Shown piece by piece: positions 15,001 to 28,765 of a stretch of 64,000 bases of DNA. This stretch comes from Bilabrum cf. latius (taxonomy: Eukaryota): the NCBI GenBank assembly GCA_965178125.1, contig OZ237739.1, forward strand, positions 496,001-560,000. The letters run 5' to 3'. Under the pieces are notes generated by a model. That model was not told the DNA's origin, did no database searches, and was given only the letters and a program-made list of their open reading frames with translations. Position 1 is the first letter of the stretch. Every line of letters starts with the position of its first letter. The translations under genes and the position numbers were made by a program.

Positions 15001-18000
15001 GAGACAGGCTCACGCTCACCGACGACCCCACCAGAGTGCCTTCCGCAAGCTACAGCACCGCCGTCAGCTCCACCACCTGCCCCACCGCCACGCGCCCGGG
15101 ACCCGCCACACTAGGATCCTCCACGCTCGCGTTCCACACCAATCCAGGACCAGGCACTGACACGGCCGTCGACTCAGGCGCCTCGGAGCTCTCGTTCCGG
15201 CTCACCCCGTACGAGCTGCCCACCACCGGGTGCGAGCTCCACTCCACCCGCACGTCCGTCGGCACCGTCGTGCCAGATGCAGCCGCGTCCGTCAGACGCA
15301 CGCGGTACACCAGCACAGAGCTGCTCACCACAGACTCCAACACGGCCCACTCGCCGCTCGTGCTGTGCCCGATCACCGACCCGCTCGTCTCGCGGTTGTA
15401 CCGCTCCGTCCCGTCCACCACCACAGACTCCACCACGTACGACGGGCCCGGCAGCGACGCGTCCACCAGCCGCACCCAGTACGCCTGGTTGTATCCCGCG
15501 CCCTGCGTCGCGTTCACTACCACCACCATCTGCACCACGTCGCCTCCGTCGCCCACCGCGCTGGCAGGACTCACAGACACAGACACATCCGGCTCCAGCA
15601 CAGACAGGCTCGCCGACTCGGAGCTCATCGTCTCCTGCGTCACGAATGCCGCATCCACATCGATGCTGGCCCCGCGAGACACAGCGCTCACGTTCTCCAC
15701 GGTCGCCTCCAGCACCACCTCCAGGATCTCCCCGGCGCCAGACACGCCCACGTCCCGGTCCACATTGCGCAGCACGCACAGAGGCGCCCGGTACCACGAC
15801 GCCAATGGACCGCCCAGACGCACCACAGACAGCCCGGACAGGTCATCCAGATACGACTGCACGCCAGACCCGCCCGACCCCACACCGCTGCAGCTCGACA
15901 CCAGCACGCTGCTCGGCGACGAGTCAGTGCTGCCGTTCACCACCACGCGAGCCGACACCACCCGACGCAGACCGAGACCACTCACCAGCGACGATCCCGG
16001 CACAGACACGTTCAGCACCGCATCGCTCATGCGGGCTTCCGGCAGCGCCACGCTCACGTTCACAGTCACCACGCTGCCCACCACCACGTCCAGGCCGCCA
16101 GATGTCGCGCCGTCCGAAGACACAGACAGGCTCAACGATGGCGACCCCACGCTCCGCGACGATGCAGACGTGGTCGATACCACGGACTCGTTTCGGGACT
16201 CAGACGGGCTGGGATGGCTGCCCCACCGCACGCTCACGAAAGGCACAGGGTACGATGCCCCGGCCTCCACGTCCGACGACACAAGCACCTCCCACTGCAC
16301 GGCCAGCACCTGACCCGCTCCCACCTCGCTCAGCACAAGCACCGCGTCGGCCAGCGACGCAGACCCGCCTGCCACCAGCGACCCGTTCACCCACACGCGA
16401 CCCACAGAGTACACCGGAGCCCCCGTGGCCGTCAAGCTCACGTTCGCCAGCACCGAGTCCGCGACCACCACGTCAAACACAGACGCGCCCGCCGACGCGA
16501 TGGGCCGCAGCACAGTCGAGAACAACAGAGAGTCCCCGCCGTCCACGTCAGATAGCACCGACGGAAGCAACACATCCGGCCGAGACAGGCCCTGCCCCGC
16601 CACCGTCAAAGTCACGCTCGAGTTCGTCACGGCAGGCACCACGTCCAAGCTAGACACAGACGCGATCACGCTAGACGTCGACCCGGCCGCCGCGTCCCGA
16701 AGCACGCGCCCGCCCACCACCACCTCGATGGACTCGCTCACGCCATCCAGCGTGTCGTTGTTCACCATCGTGCACGGCCCGATCACCACCTCGCCCGTGC
16801 TGGCGTTCACGCTCGCGTGCGGCGCGCTGCCCAGCAGAGACAGTGGCGTCACCAGCACGCCGCCGCACACCACGCGCAGCTTCGTCAGAGACGGCCCGCT
16901 CACGGACACCACCGAGATGCTCGCAGGGTCCAGCACGCCGTCGGGCCCGCCAGGACGCACGCGGATCACCACGTCCCTCGCCGTGCCCGCTGGCAATGCG
17001 GCGGCCACCACCACCTCCACCGACTGGCCGCCCACCACGCTCGACGGACTCAGCGACGAGCTCAGGCTGCTGTCCGGCGTGCGCGCGTACATCTGCACCG
17101 CAGGATCCGCGTGCTGCATCAGCACATCCGCCTCCGCTGCCACGCTCGCGTTGCGGGAGTCGCCCACATCGGGGTGCGACCACCACCGGGCAGACAGGCT
17201 CGCGTTCACGCTGCCGCCAAGGTCGATGCTCGGCAGAAGCTCCACCTCCACCACCACCGACAACGAGTCGCCCACGTCCAGCCGAGGCCACACGATCACC
17301 GTGCCTGCAAGGCTGTCCGACGACACCCCGGATGCCGACGCAGATGCCGCGTCCGCTCCCGCGCGACGAGACCCGCCCTCGCTCCACGCCGGCTGCACCA
17401 CGCCGTTCACCCACACGCCAGACACCACGTACCTGCCGTCCAGCAGCGTCGAGTCCAGCAGCGTCACGTTGAACACAGACGCGGCCGATCCGCCCGCATG
17501 CCCCACCGTCATGGTGAAGTTCAGCTTGTCGCCGCCGTCCGTGTCCGTGAAGGCCACCGGGCTCACGCCGGGCGCTGCCAAAGACCCCTCCGATACCGTC
17601 AGCGTCACCACGCGAGACACGGCCTCGCCGCCGCTCAGGTCAGACCCAGACACAGACACCGTCGCATCCACGCCCACGCCGCCCTGCGCCGCCGCCGTGT
17701 TGCGGACCACGCCGCGCAGCACGATCTCCACGCCCTCCACAGTCAGCCCATCGTCCGTGCCGGCGTTCGTCACGTCGCCCAGCTGCACCGTCGCCGTGCC
17801 GGCCGCCCCGTCCACGCTCCAGTGGGACGAGTTCAGGCCGCTCAGCGCGCCCGATCCGCCCGCAAGCGACGACGTCACGTTCGACCCGGACCCTGCCGTG
17901 GCTCGCACTGACACCACCTCCAGCAGCTCCAGCACGTCCGCTCGAGACAGGCTCACGCTCACCGACGACCCCACCAGAGTGCCTTCCGCAAGCTACAGCA

Positions 18001-21000
18001 CCGCCGTCAGCTCCACCACCTGCCCCACCGCCACGCGCCCGGGACCCGCCACACTAGGATCCTCCACGCTCGCGTTCCACACCAATCCAGGACCAGGCAC
18101 TGACACGGCCGTCGACACAGGCGCCTCGGAGCTCTCGTTCCGGCTCACCCCGTACGAGCTGCCCACCACCGGGTGCGAGCTCCACTCCACCCGCACGTCC
18201 GTCGGCACCGTCGTGCCAGATGCAGCCGCGTCCGTCAGACGCACGCGGTACACCAGCACAGAGCTGCTCACCACAGACTCCAACACGGCCCACTCGCCGC
18301 TCGTGCTGTGCCCGATCACCGACCCGCTCGTCTCGCGGCTGTACCGCTCCGTCCCGTCCACCACCACAGACTCCACCACGTACGACGGGCCCGGCAGCGA
18401 CGCGTCCACCAGCCGCACCCAGTACGCCTGGTTGTATCCCGCGCCCTGCGTCGCGTTCACTACCACCACCATCTGCACCACGTCGCCTCCGTCGCCCACC
18501 GCGCTGGCAGGACTCACAGACACAGACACATCCGGCTCCAGCACAGACAGGCTCGCCGACTCGGAGCTCATCGTCTCCTGCGTCACGAATGCCGCATCCA
18601 CATCGATGCTGGCCCCGCGAGACACAGCGCTCACGTTCTCCACGGTCGCCTCCAGCACCACCTCCAGGATCTCCCCGGCGCCAGACACGCCCACGTCCCG
18701 GTCCACATTGCGCAGCACGCACAGAGGCGCCCGGTACCACGACGCCAATGGACCGCCCAGACGCACCACAGACAGCCCGGACAGGTCATCCAGATACGAC
18801 TGCACGCCAGACCCGCCCGACCCCACACCGCTGCAGCTCGACACCAGCACGCTGCTCGGCGACGAGTCAGTGCTGCCGTTCACCACCACGCGAGCCGACA
18901 CCACCCGACGCAGACCGAGACCACTCACCAGCGACGATCCCGGCACAGACACGTTCAGCACCGCATCGCTCATGCGGGCTTCCGGCAGAGCCACGCTCAC
19001 GTTCACAGTCACCACGCTGCCCACCACCACGTCCAGGCCGCCAGATGTCGCGCCGTCCGAAGACACAGACAGGCTCAACGATGGCGACCCCACGCTCAGC
19101 GACGATGCAGACGTGGTCGATACCACGGACTCGTTTCGGGACTCAGACGGGCTGGGATGGCTGCCCCACCGCACGCTCACGAAAGGCACAGGGTACGATG
19201 CCCCGGCCTCCACGTCCGACGACACAAGCACCTCCCACTGCACGGCCAGCACCTGACCCGCTCCCACCTCGCTCAGCACAAGCACCGCGTCGGCCAGCGA
19301 CGCAGACCCGCCTGCCACCAGCGACCCGTTCACCCACACGCGACCCACAGAGTACACCGGAGCCCCCGTGGCCGTCAAGCTCACGTTCGCCAGCACCGAG
19401 TCCGCGACCACCACGTCAAACACAGACGCGCCCGCCGACGCGATGGGCCGCAGCACAGTCGAGAACAACAGAGAGTCCCCGCCGTCCACGTCAGACAGCA
19501 CCGACGGAAGCAACACATCCGGCCGAGACAGGCCCTGCCCCGCCACCGTCAAAGTCACGCTCGAGTTCGTCACGGCAGGCACCACGTCCAAGCTAGACAC
19601 AGACGCGATCACGCTAGACGTCGACCCGGCCGCCGCGTCCCGAAGCACGCGCCCGCCCACCACCACCTCGATGGACTCGCTCACGCCATCCAGCGTGTCG
19701 TTGTTCACCATCGTGCACGGCCCGATCACCACCTCGCCCGTGCTGGCGTTCACGCTCGCGTGCGGCGCGCTGCCCAGCAGAGACAGTGGCGTCACCAGCA
19801 CGCCGCCGCACACCACGCGCAGCTTCGTCAGAGACGGCCCGCTCACGGACACCACCGAGATGCTCGCAGGGTCCAGCACGCCGTCGGGCCCGCCAGGACG
19901 CACGCGGATCACCACGTCCCTCGCCGTGCCCGCTGGCAATGCGGCGGCCACCACCACCTCCACCGACTGGCCGCCCACCACGCTCGACGGACTCAGCGAC
20001 GAGCTCAGGCTGCTGTCCGGCGTGCGCGCGTACATCTGCACCGCAGGATCCGCGTGCTGCATCAGCACATCCGCCTCCGCTGCCACGCTCGCGTTGCGGG
20101 AGTCGCCCACATCGGGGTGCGACCACCACCGGGCAGACAGGCTCGCGTTCACGCTGCCGCCAAGGTCGATGCTCGGCAGAAGCTCCACCTCCACCACCAC
20201 CGACAACGAGTCGCCCACGTCCAGCCGAGGCCACACGATCACCGCGCCTGCAAGGCTGTCCGCAGACACCCCGGATGCCGACGCAGATGCCGCGTCCGCT
20301 CCCGCGCGACGAGACCCGCCCTCGCTCCACGCCGGCTGCACCACGCCGTTCACCCACACGCCAGACACCACATACCTGCCGTCCAGCAGCGTCGAGTCCA
20401 GCAGCGTCACGTTGAACACAGACGCGGCCGATCCGCCCGCATGCCCCACCGTCATGGTGAAGTTCAGCTTGTCGCCGCCGTCCGTGTCCGTGAAGGCCAC
20501 CGGGCTCACGCCGGGCGCTGCCAAAGACCCCTCCGATACCGTCAGCGTCACCACGCGAGACACGGCCTCGCCGCCGCTCAGGTCAGACCCAGACACAGAC
20601 GCCGTCGCATCCACGCCCACGCCGCCCTGCGCCGCCGCCGTGTTGCGGACCACGCCGCGCAGCACGATCTCCACGCCCTCCACAGTCAGCCCGTTGTCCG
20701 TGCCGGCGTTCGTCACGTCGCCCAGCTGCACCGTCGCCGTGCCGGCCGCCCCGTCCACGCTCCAGTGGGACGAGTTCAGGCCGCTCAGCGCGCCCGATCC
20801 GCCCGCAAGCGACGACGTCACGTTCGACCCGGACCCTGCCGTGGCTCGCACAGACACCACCTCCAGCAGCTCCAGCACGTCCGCTCGAGACAGGCTCACG
20901 CTCACCGACGACCCCACCAGAGTGCCTTCCGCAAGCTACAGCACCGCCGTCAGCTCCACCACCTGCCCCACCGCCACGCGCCCGGGACCCGCCACACTAG

Positions 21001-24000
21001 GATCCTCCACGCTCGCGTTCCACACCAATCCAGGACCAGGCACTGACACGGCCGTCGACACAGGCGCCTCGGAGCTCTCGTTCCGGCTCACCCCGTACGA
21101 GCTGCCCACCACCGGGTGCGAGCTCCACTCCACCCGCACGTCCGTTGGCACCGTCGTGCCAGATGCAGCCGCGTCCGTCAGACGCACGCGGTACACCAGC
21201 ACAGAGCTGCTCACCACAGACTCCAACACGGCCCACTCGCCGCTCGTGCTGTGCCCGATCACCGACCCGCTCGTCTCGCGGCTGTACCGCTCCGTCCCGT
21301 CCACCACCACAGACTCCACCACGTACGACGGGCCCGGCAGCGACGCGTCCACCAGCCGCACCCAGTACGCCTGGTTGTATCCCGCGCCCTGCGTCGCGTT
21401 CACTACCACCACCATCTGCACCACGTCGCCTCCGTCGCCCACCGCGCTGGCAGGACTCACAGACACAGACACATCCGGCTCCAGCACAGACAGGCTCGCC
21501 GACTCGGAGCTCATCGTCTCCTGCGTCACGAATGCCGCATCCACATCGATGCTGGCCCCGCGAGACACAGCGCTCACGTTCTCCACGGTCGCCTCCAGCA
21601 CCACCTCCAGGATCTCCCCGGCGCCAGACACGCCCACGTCCCGGTCCACATTGCGCAGCACGCACAGAGGCGCCCGGTACCACGACGCCAATGGACCGCC
21701 CAGACGCACCACAGACAGCCCGGACAGGTCATCCAGATACGACTGCACGCCAGACCCGCCCGACCCCACACCGCTGCAGCTCGACACCAGCACGCTGCTC
21801 GGCGACGAGTCAGTGCTGCCGTTCACCACCACGCGAGCCGACACCACCCGACGCAGACCGAGACCACTCACAAGCGACGATCCCGGCACAGACACGTTCA
21901 GCACCGCATCGCTCATGCGGGCTTCCGGCAGCGCCACGCTCACGTTCACAGTCACCACGCTGCCCACCACCACGTCCAGGCCGCCAGATGTCGCGCCGTC
22001 CGAAGACACAGACAGGCTCAACGATGGCGACCCCACGCTCAGCGACGATGCAGACGTGGTCGATACCACGGACTCGTTTCGGGACTCAGACGGGCTGGGA
22101 TGGCTGCCCCACCGCACGCTCACGAAAGGCACAGGGTACGATGCCCCGGCCTCCACGTCCGACGACACAAGCACCTCCCACTACACGGCCAGCACCTGAC
22201 CCGCTCCCACCTCGCTCAGCACAAGCACCGCGTCGGCCAGCGACGCAGACCCGCCTGCCACCAGCGACCCGTTCACCCACACGCGACCCACAGAGTACAC
22301 CGGAGCCCCCGTGGCCGTCAAGCTCACGTTCGCCAGCACCGAGTCCGCGACCACCACGTCAAACACAGACGCGCCCGCCGACGCGACGGGCCGCAGCACA
22401 GTCGAGAACAACAGAGAGTCCCCGCCGTCCACGTCAGATAGCACCGACGGAAGCAACACATCCGGCCGAGACAGGCCCTGCCCCGCCACCGTCAAAGTCA
22501 CGCTCGAGTTCGTCACGGCAGGCACCACGTCCAAGCTAGACACAGACGCGATCACGCTAGACGTCGACCCGGCCGCCGCGTCCCGAAGCACGCGCCCGCC
22601 CACCACCACCTCGATGGACTCGCTCACGCCATCCAGCGTGTCGTTGTTCACCATCGTGCACGGCCCGATCACCACCTCGCCCGTGCTGGCGTTCACGCTC
22701 GCGTGCGGCGCGCTGCCCAGCAGAGACAGTGGCGTCACCAGCACGCCGCCGCACACCACGCGCAGCTTCGTCAGAGACGGCCCGCTCACGGACACCACCG
22801 AGATGCTCGCAGGGTCCAGCACGCCGTCGGGCCCGCCAGGACGCACGCGGATCACCACGTCCCTCGCCGTGCCCGCTGGCAATGCGGCGGCCACCACCAC
22901 CTCCACCGACTGGCCGCCCACCACGCTCGACGGACTCAGCGACGAGCTCAGGCTGCTGTCCGGCGTGCGCGCGTACATCTGCACCGCAGGATCCGCGTGC
23001 TGCATCAGCACATCTGCCTCCGCTGCCACGCTCGCGTTGCGGGAGTCGCCCACATCGGGGTGCGACCACCACCGGGCAGACAGGCTCGCGTTCACGCTGC
23101 CGCCAAGGTCGATGCTCGGCAGAAGCTCCACCTCCACCACCACCGACAACGAGTCGCCCACGTCCAGCCGAGGCCACACGATCACCGCGCCTGCAAGGCT
23201 GTCCGCAGACACCCCGGATGCCGACGCAGATGCCGCGTCCGCTCCCGCGCGACGAGACCCGCCCTCGCTCCACGCCGGCTGCACCACGCCGTTCACCCAC
23301 ACGCCAGACACCACGTACCTGCCGTCCAGCAGCGTCGAGTCCAGCAGCGTCACGTTGAACACAGACGCGGCCGATCCGCCCGCATGCCCCACCGTCATGG
23401 TGAAGTTCAGCTTGTCGCCGCCGTCCGTGTCCGTGAAGGCCACGGGGCTCACGCCGGGCGCTGCCAAAGACCCCTCCGATACCGTCAGCGTCACCACGCG
23501 AGACACGGCCTCGCCGCCGCTCAGGTCAGACCCAGACACAGACGCCGTCGCATCCACGCCCACGCCGCCCTGCGCCGCCGCCGTGTTGCGGACCACGCCG
23601 CGCAGCACGATCTCCACGCCCTCCACAGTCAGCCCGTTGTCCGTGCCGGCGTTCGTCACGTCGCCCAGCTGCACCGTCGCCGTGCCGGCCGCCCCGTCCA
23701 CGCTCCAGTGGGACGAGTTCAGGCCGCTCAGCGCGCCCGATCCGCCCGCAAGCGACGACGTCACGTTCGACCCGGACCCTGCCGTGGCTCGCACAGACAC
23801 CACCTCCAGCAGCTCCAGCACGTCCGCTCGAGACAGGCTCACGCTCACCGACGACCCCACCAGAGTGCCTTCCGCAAGCTACAGCACCGCCGTCAGCTCC
23901 ACCACCTGCCCCACCGCCACGCGCCCGGGACCCGCCACACTAGGATCCTCCACGCTCGCGTTCCACACCAATCCAGGACCAGGCACTGACACGGCCGTCG

Positions 24001-27000
24001 ACACAGGCGCCTCGGAGCTCTCGTTCCGGCTCACCCCGTACGAGCTGCCCACCACCGGGTGCGAGCTCCACTCCACCCGCACGTCCGTCGGCACCGTCGT
24101 GCCAGATGCAGCCGCGTCCGTCAGACGCACGCGGTACACCAGCACAGAGCTGCTCACCACAGACTCCAACACGGCCCACTCGCCGCTCGTGCTGTGCCCG
24201 ATCACCGACCCGCTCGTCTCGCGGTTGTACCGCTCCGTCCCGTCCACCACCACAGACTCCACCACGTACGACGGGCCCGGCAGCGACGCGTCCACCAGCC
24301 GCACCCAGTACGCCTGGTTGTATCCCGCGCCCTGCGTCGCGTTCACTACCACCACCATCTGCACCACGTCGCCTCCGTCGCCCACCGCGCTGGCAGGACT
24401 CACAGACACAGACACATCCGGCTCCAGCACAGACAGGCTCGCCGACTCGGAGCTCATCGTCTCCTGCGTCACGAATGCCGCATCCACATCGATGCTGGCC
24501 CCGCGAGACACAGCGCTCACGTTCTCCACGGTCGCCTCCAGCACCACCTCCAGGATCTCCCCGGCGCCAGACACGCCCACGTCCCGGTCCACATTGCGCA
24601 GCACGCACAGAGGCGCCCGGTACCACGACGCCAATGGACCGCCCAGACGCACCACAGACAGCCCGGACAGGTCATCCAGATACGACTGCACGCCAGACCC
24701 GCCCGACCCCACACCGCTGCAGCTCGACACCAGCACGCTGCTCGGCGACGAGTCAGTGCTGCCGTTCACCACCACGCGAGCCGACACCACCCGACGCAGA
24801 CCGAGACCACTCACCAGCGACGATCCCGGCACAGACACGTTCAGCACCGCATCGCTCATGCGGGCTTCCGGCAGAGCCACGCTCACGTTCACAGTCACCA
24901 CGCTGCCCACCACCACGTCCAGGCCGCCAGATGTCGCGCCGTCCGAAGACACAGACAGGCTCAACGATGGCGACCCCACGCTCAGCGACGATGCAGACGT
25001 GGTCGATACCACGGACTCGTTTCGGGACTCAGACGGGCTGGGATGGCTGCCCCACCGCACGCTCACGAAAGGCACAGGGTACGATGCCCCGGCCTCCACG
25101 TCCGACGACACAAGCACCTCCCACTGCACGGCCAGCACCTGACCCGCTCCCACCTCGCTCAGCACAAGCACCGCGTCGGCCAGCGACGCAGACCCGCCTG
25201 CCACCAGCGACCCGTTCACCCACACGCGACCCACAGAGTACACCGGAGCCCCCGTGGCCGTCAAGCTCACGTTCGCCAGCACCGAGTCCGCGACCACCAC
25301 GTCAAACACAGACGCGCCCGCCGACGCGATGGGCCGCAGCACAGTCGAGAACAACAGAGAGTCCCCGCCGTCCACGTCAGACAGCACCGACGGAAGCAAC
25401 ACATCCGGCCGAGACAGGCCCTGCCCCGCCACCGTCAAAGTCACGCTCGAGTTCGTCACGGCAGGCACCACGTCCAAGCTAGACACAGACGCGATCACGC
25501 TAGACGTCGACCCGGCCGCCGCGTCCCGAAGCACGCGCCCGCCCACCACCACCTCGATGGACTCGCTCACGCCATCCAGCGTGTCGTTGTTCACCATCGT
25601 GCACGGCCCGATCACCACCTCGCCCGTGCTGGCGTTCACGCTCGCGTGCGGCGCGCTGCCCAGCAGAGACAGTGGCGTCACCAGCACGCCGCCGCACACC
25701 ACGCGCAGCTTCGTCAGAGACGGCCCGCTCACGGACACCACCGAGATGCTCGCAGGGTCCAGCACGCCGTCGGGCCCGCCAGGACGCACGCGGATCACCA
25801 CGTCCCTCGCCGTGCCCGCTGGCAATGCGGCGGCCACCACCACCTCCACCGACTGGCCGCCCACCACGCTCGACGGACTCAGCGACGAGCTCAGGCTGCT
25901 GTCCGGCGTGCGCGCGTACATCTGCACCGCAGGATCCGCGTGCTGCATCAGCACATCCGCCTCCGCTGCCACGCTCGCGTTGCGGGAGTCGCCCACATCG
26001 GGGTGCGACCACCACCGGGCAGACAGGCTCGCGTTCACGCTGCCGCCAAGGTCGATGCTCGGCAGAAGCTCCACCTCCACCACCACCGACAACGAGTCGC
26101 CCACGTCCAGCCGAGGCCACACGATCACCGCGCCTGCAAGGCTGTCCGCAGACACCCCGGATGCCGACGCAGATGCCGCGTCCGCTCCCGCGCGACGAGA
26201 CCCGCCCTCGCTCCACGCCGGCTGCACCACGCCGTTCACCCACACGCCAGACACCACATACCTGCCGTCCAGCAGCGTCGAGTCCAGCAGCGTCACGTTG
26301 AACACAGACGCGGCCGATCCGCCCGCATGCCCCACCGTCATGGTGAAGTTCAGCTTGTCGCCGCCGTCCGTGTCCGTGAAGGCCACCGGGCTCACGCCGG
26401 GCGCTGCCAAAGACCCCTCCGATACCGTCAGCGTCACCACGCGAGACACGGCCTCGCCGCCGCTCAGGTCAGACCCAGACACAGACGCCGTCGCATCCAC
26501 GCCCACGCCGCCCTGCGCCGCCGCCGTGTTGCGGACCACGCCGCGCAGCACGATCTCCACGCCCTCCACAGTCAGCCCGTTGTCCGTGCCGGCGTTCGTC
26601 ACGTCGCCCAGCTGCACCGTCGCCGTGCCGGCCGCCCCGTCCACGCTCCAGTGGGACGAGTTCAGGCCGCTCAGCGCGCCCGATCCGCCCGCAAGCGACG
26701 ACGTCACGTTCGACCCGGACCCTGCCGTGGCTCGCACAGACACCACCTCCAGCAGCTCCAGCACGTCCGCTCGAGACAGGCTCACGCTCACCGACGACCC
26801 CACCAGAGTGCCTTCCGCAAGCTACAGCACCGCCGTCAGCTCCACCACCTGCCCCACCGCCACGCGCCCGGGACCCGCCACACTAGGATCCTCCACGCTC
26901 GCGTTCCACACCAATCCAGGACCAGGCACTGACACGGCCGTCGACACAGGCGCCTCGGAGCTCTCGTTCCGGCTCACCCCGTACGAGCTGCCCACCACCG

Positions 27001-28765
27001 GGTGCGAGCTCCACTCCACCCGCACGTCCGTTGGCACCGTCGTGCCAGATGCAGCCGCGTCCGTCAGACGCACGCGGTACACCAGCACAGAGCTGCTCAC
27101 CACAGACTCCAACACGGCCCACTCGCCGCTCGTGCTGTGCCCGATCACCGACCCGCTCGTCTCGCGGCTGTACCGCTCCGTCCCGTCCACCACCACAGAC
27201 TCCACCACGTACGACGGGCCCGGCAGCGACGCGTCCACCAGCCGCACCCAGTACGCCTGGTTGTATCCCGCGCCCTGCGTCGCGTTCACTACCACCACCA
27301 TCTGCACCACGTCGCCTCCGTCGCCCACCGCGCTGGCAGGACTCACAGACACAGACACATCCGGCTCCAGCACAGACAGGCTCGCCGACTCGGAGCTCAT
27401 CGTCTCCTGCGTCACGAATGCCGCATCCACATCGATGCTGGCCCCGCGAGACACAGCGCTCACGTTCTCCACGGTCGCCTCCAGCACCACCTCCAGGATC
27501 TCCCCGGCGCCAGACACGCCCACGTCCCGGTCCACATTGCGCAGCACGCACAGAGGCGCCCGGTACCACGACGCCAATGGACCGCCCAGACGCACCACAG
27601 ACAGCCCGGACAGGTCATCCAGATACGACTGCACGCCAGACCCGCCCGACCCCACACCGCTGCAGCTCGACACCAGCACGCTGCTCGGCGACGAGTCAGT
27701 GCTGCCGTTCACCACCACGCGAGCCGACACCACCCGACGCAGACCGAGACCACTCACAAGCGACGATCCCGGCACAGACACGTTCAGCACCGCATCGCTC
27801 ATGCGGGCTTCCGGCAGCGCCACGCTCACGTTCACAGTCACCACGCTGCCCACCACCACGTCCAGGCCGCCAGATGTCGCGCCGTCCGAAGACACAGACA
27901 GGCTCAACGATGGCGACCCCACGCTCAGCGACGATGCAGACGTGGTCGATACCACGGACTCGTTTCGGGACTCAGACGGGCTGGGATGGCTGCCCCACCG
28001 CACGCTCACGAAAGGCACAGGGTACGATGCCCCGGCCTCCNNNNNNNNNNNNNNNNNNNNNNNNNNNNNNNNNNNNNNNNNNNNNNNNNNNNNNNNNNNN
28101 NNNNNNNNNNNNNNNNNNNNNNNNNNNNNNNNNNNNNNNNNNNNNNNNNNNNNNNNNNNNNNNNNNNNNNNNNNNNNNNNNNNNNNNNNNNNNNNNNNNN
28201 NNNNNNNNNNNNNNNNNNNNNNNNNNNNNNNNNNNNNNNNGCTCCAGCACAGACAGGCTCGCCGACTCGGAGCTCATCGTCTCCTGCGTCACGAATGCCG
28301 CATCCACATCGATGCTGGCCCCGCGAGACACAGCGCTCACGTTCTCCACGGTCGCCTCCAGCACCACCTCCAGGATCTCCCCAGCGCCAGACACGCCCAC
28401 GTCCCGGTCCACATTGCGCAGCACGCACAGAGGCGCCCGGTACCACGACGCCAATGGACCGCCCAGACGCACCACAGACAGCCCGGACAGGTCATCCAGA
28501 TACGACTGCACGCCAGACCCGCCCGACCCCACACCGCTGCAGCTCGACACCAGCACGCTGCTCGGCGACGAGTCAGTGCTGCCGTTCACCACCACGCGAG
28601 CCGACACCACCCGACGCAGACCGAGACCACTCACCAGCGACGATCCCGGCACAGACACGTTCAGCACCGCATCGCTCATGCGGGCTTCCGGCAGCGCCAC
28701 GCTCACGTTCACAGTCACCACGCTGCCCACCACCACGTCCAGGCCGCCAAATGTCGCGCCGTCCG
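1..28765. repeat. Coding tandem array of 2,943-bp units (981 aa): about 9.5 copies left of the gap plus a partial copy at 28241-28765
   Basis: The ORF pattern recurs at exact 2,943-bp offsets, with the fixed TAG at 335, 3278, 6221, 9164, 12107, 15050, 17993, 20936, 23879 and 26822. Copies differ only by scattered substitutions, with no net indels. Confidence 0.97.

Noticed and set aside
335-26803. Tandem array of separate 974-aa genes
   Set aside because: The ORFs are only 18 nt apart, in frame, start at GTG in mid-domain and lack signal peptides. The junction reads as a continuous module motif (VL*LAEGT).
28041-28240. Frameshift in the giant gene
   Set aside because: The frame change coincides with a round-number 200-N gap of unknown true size.
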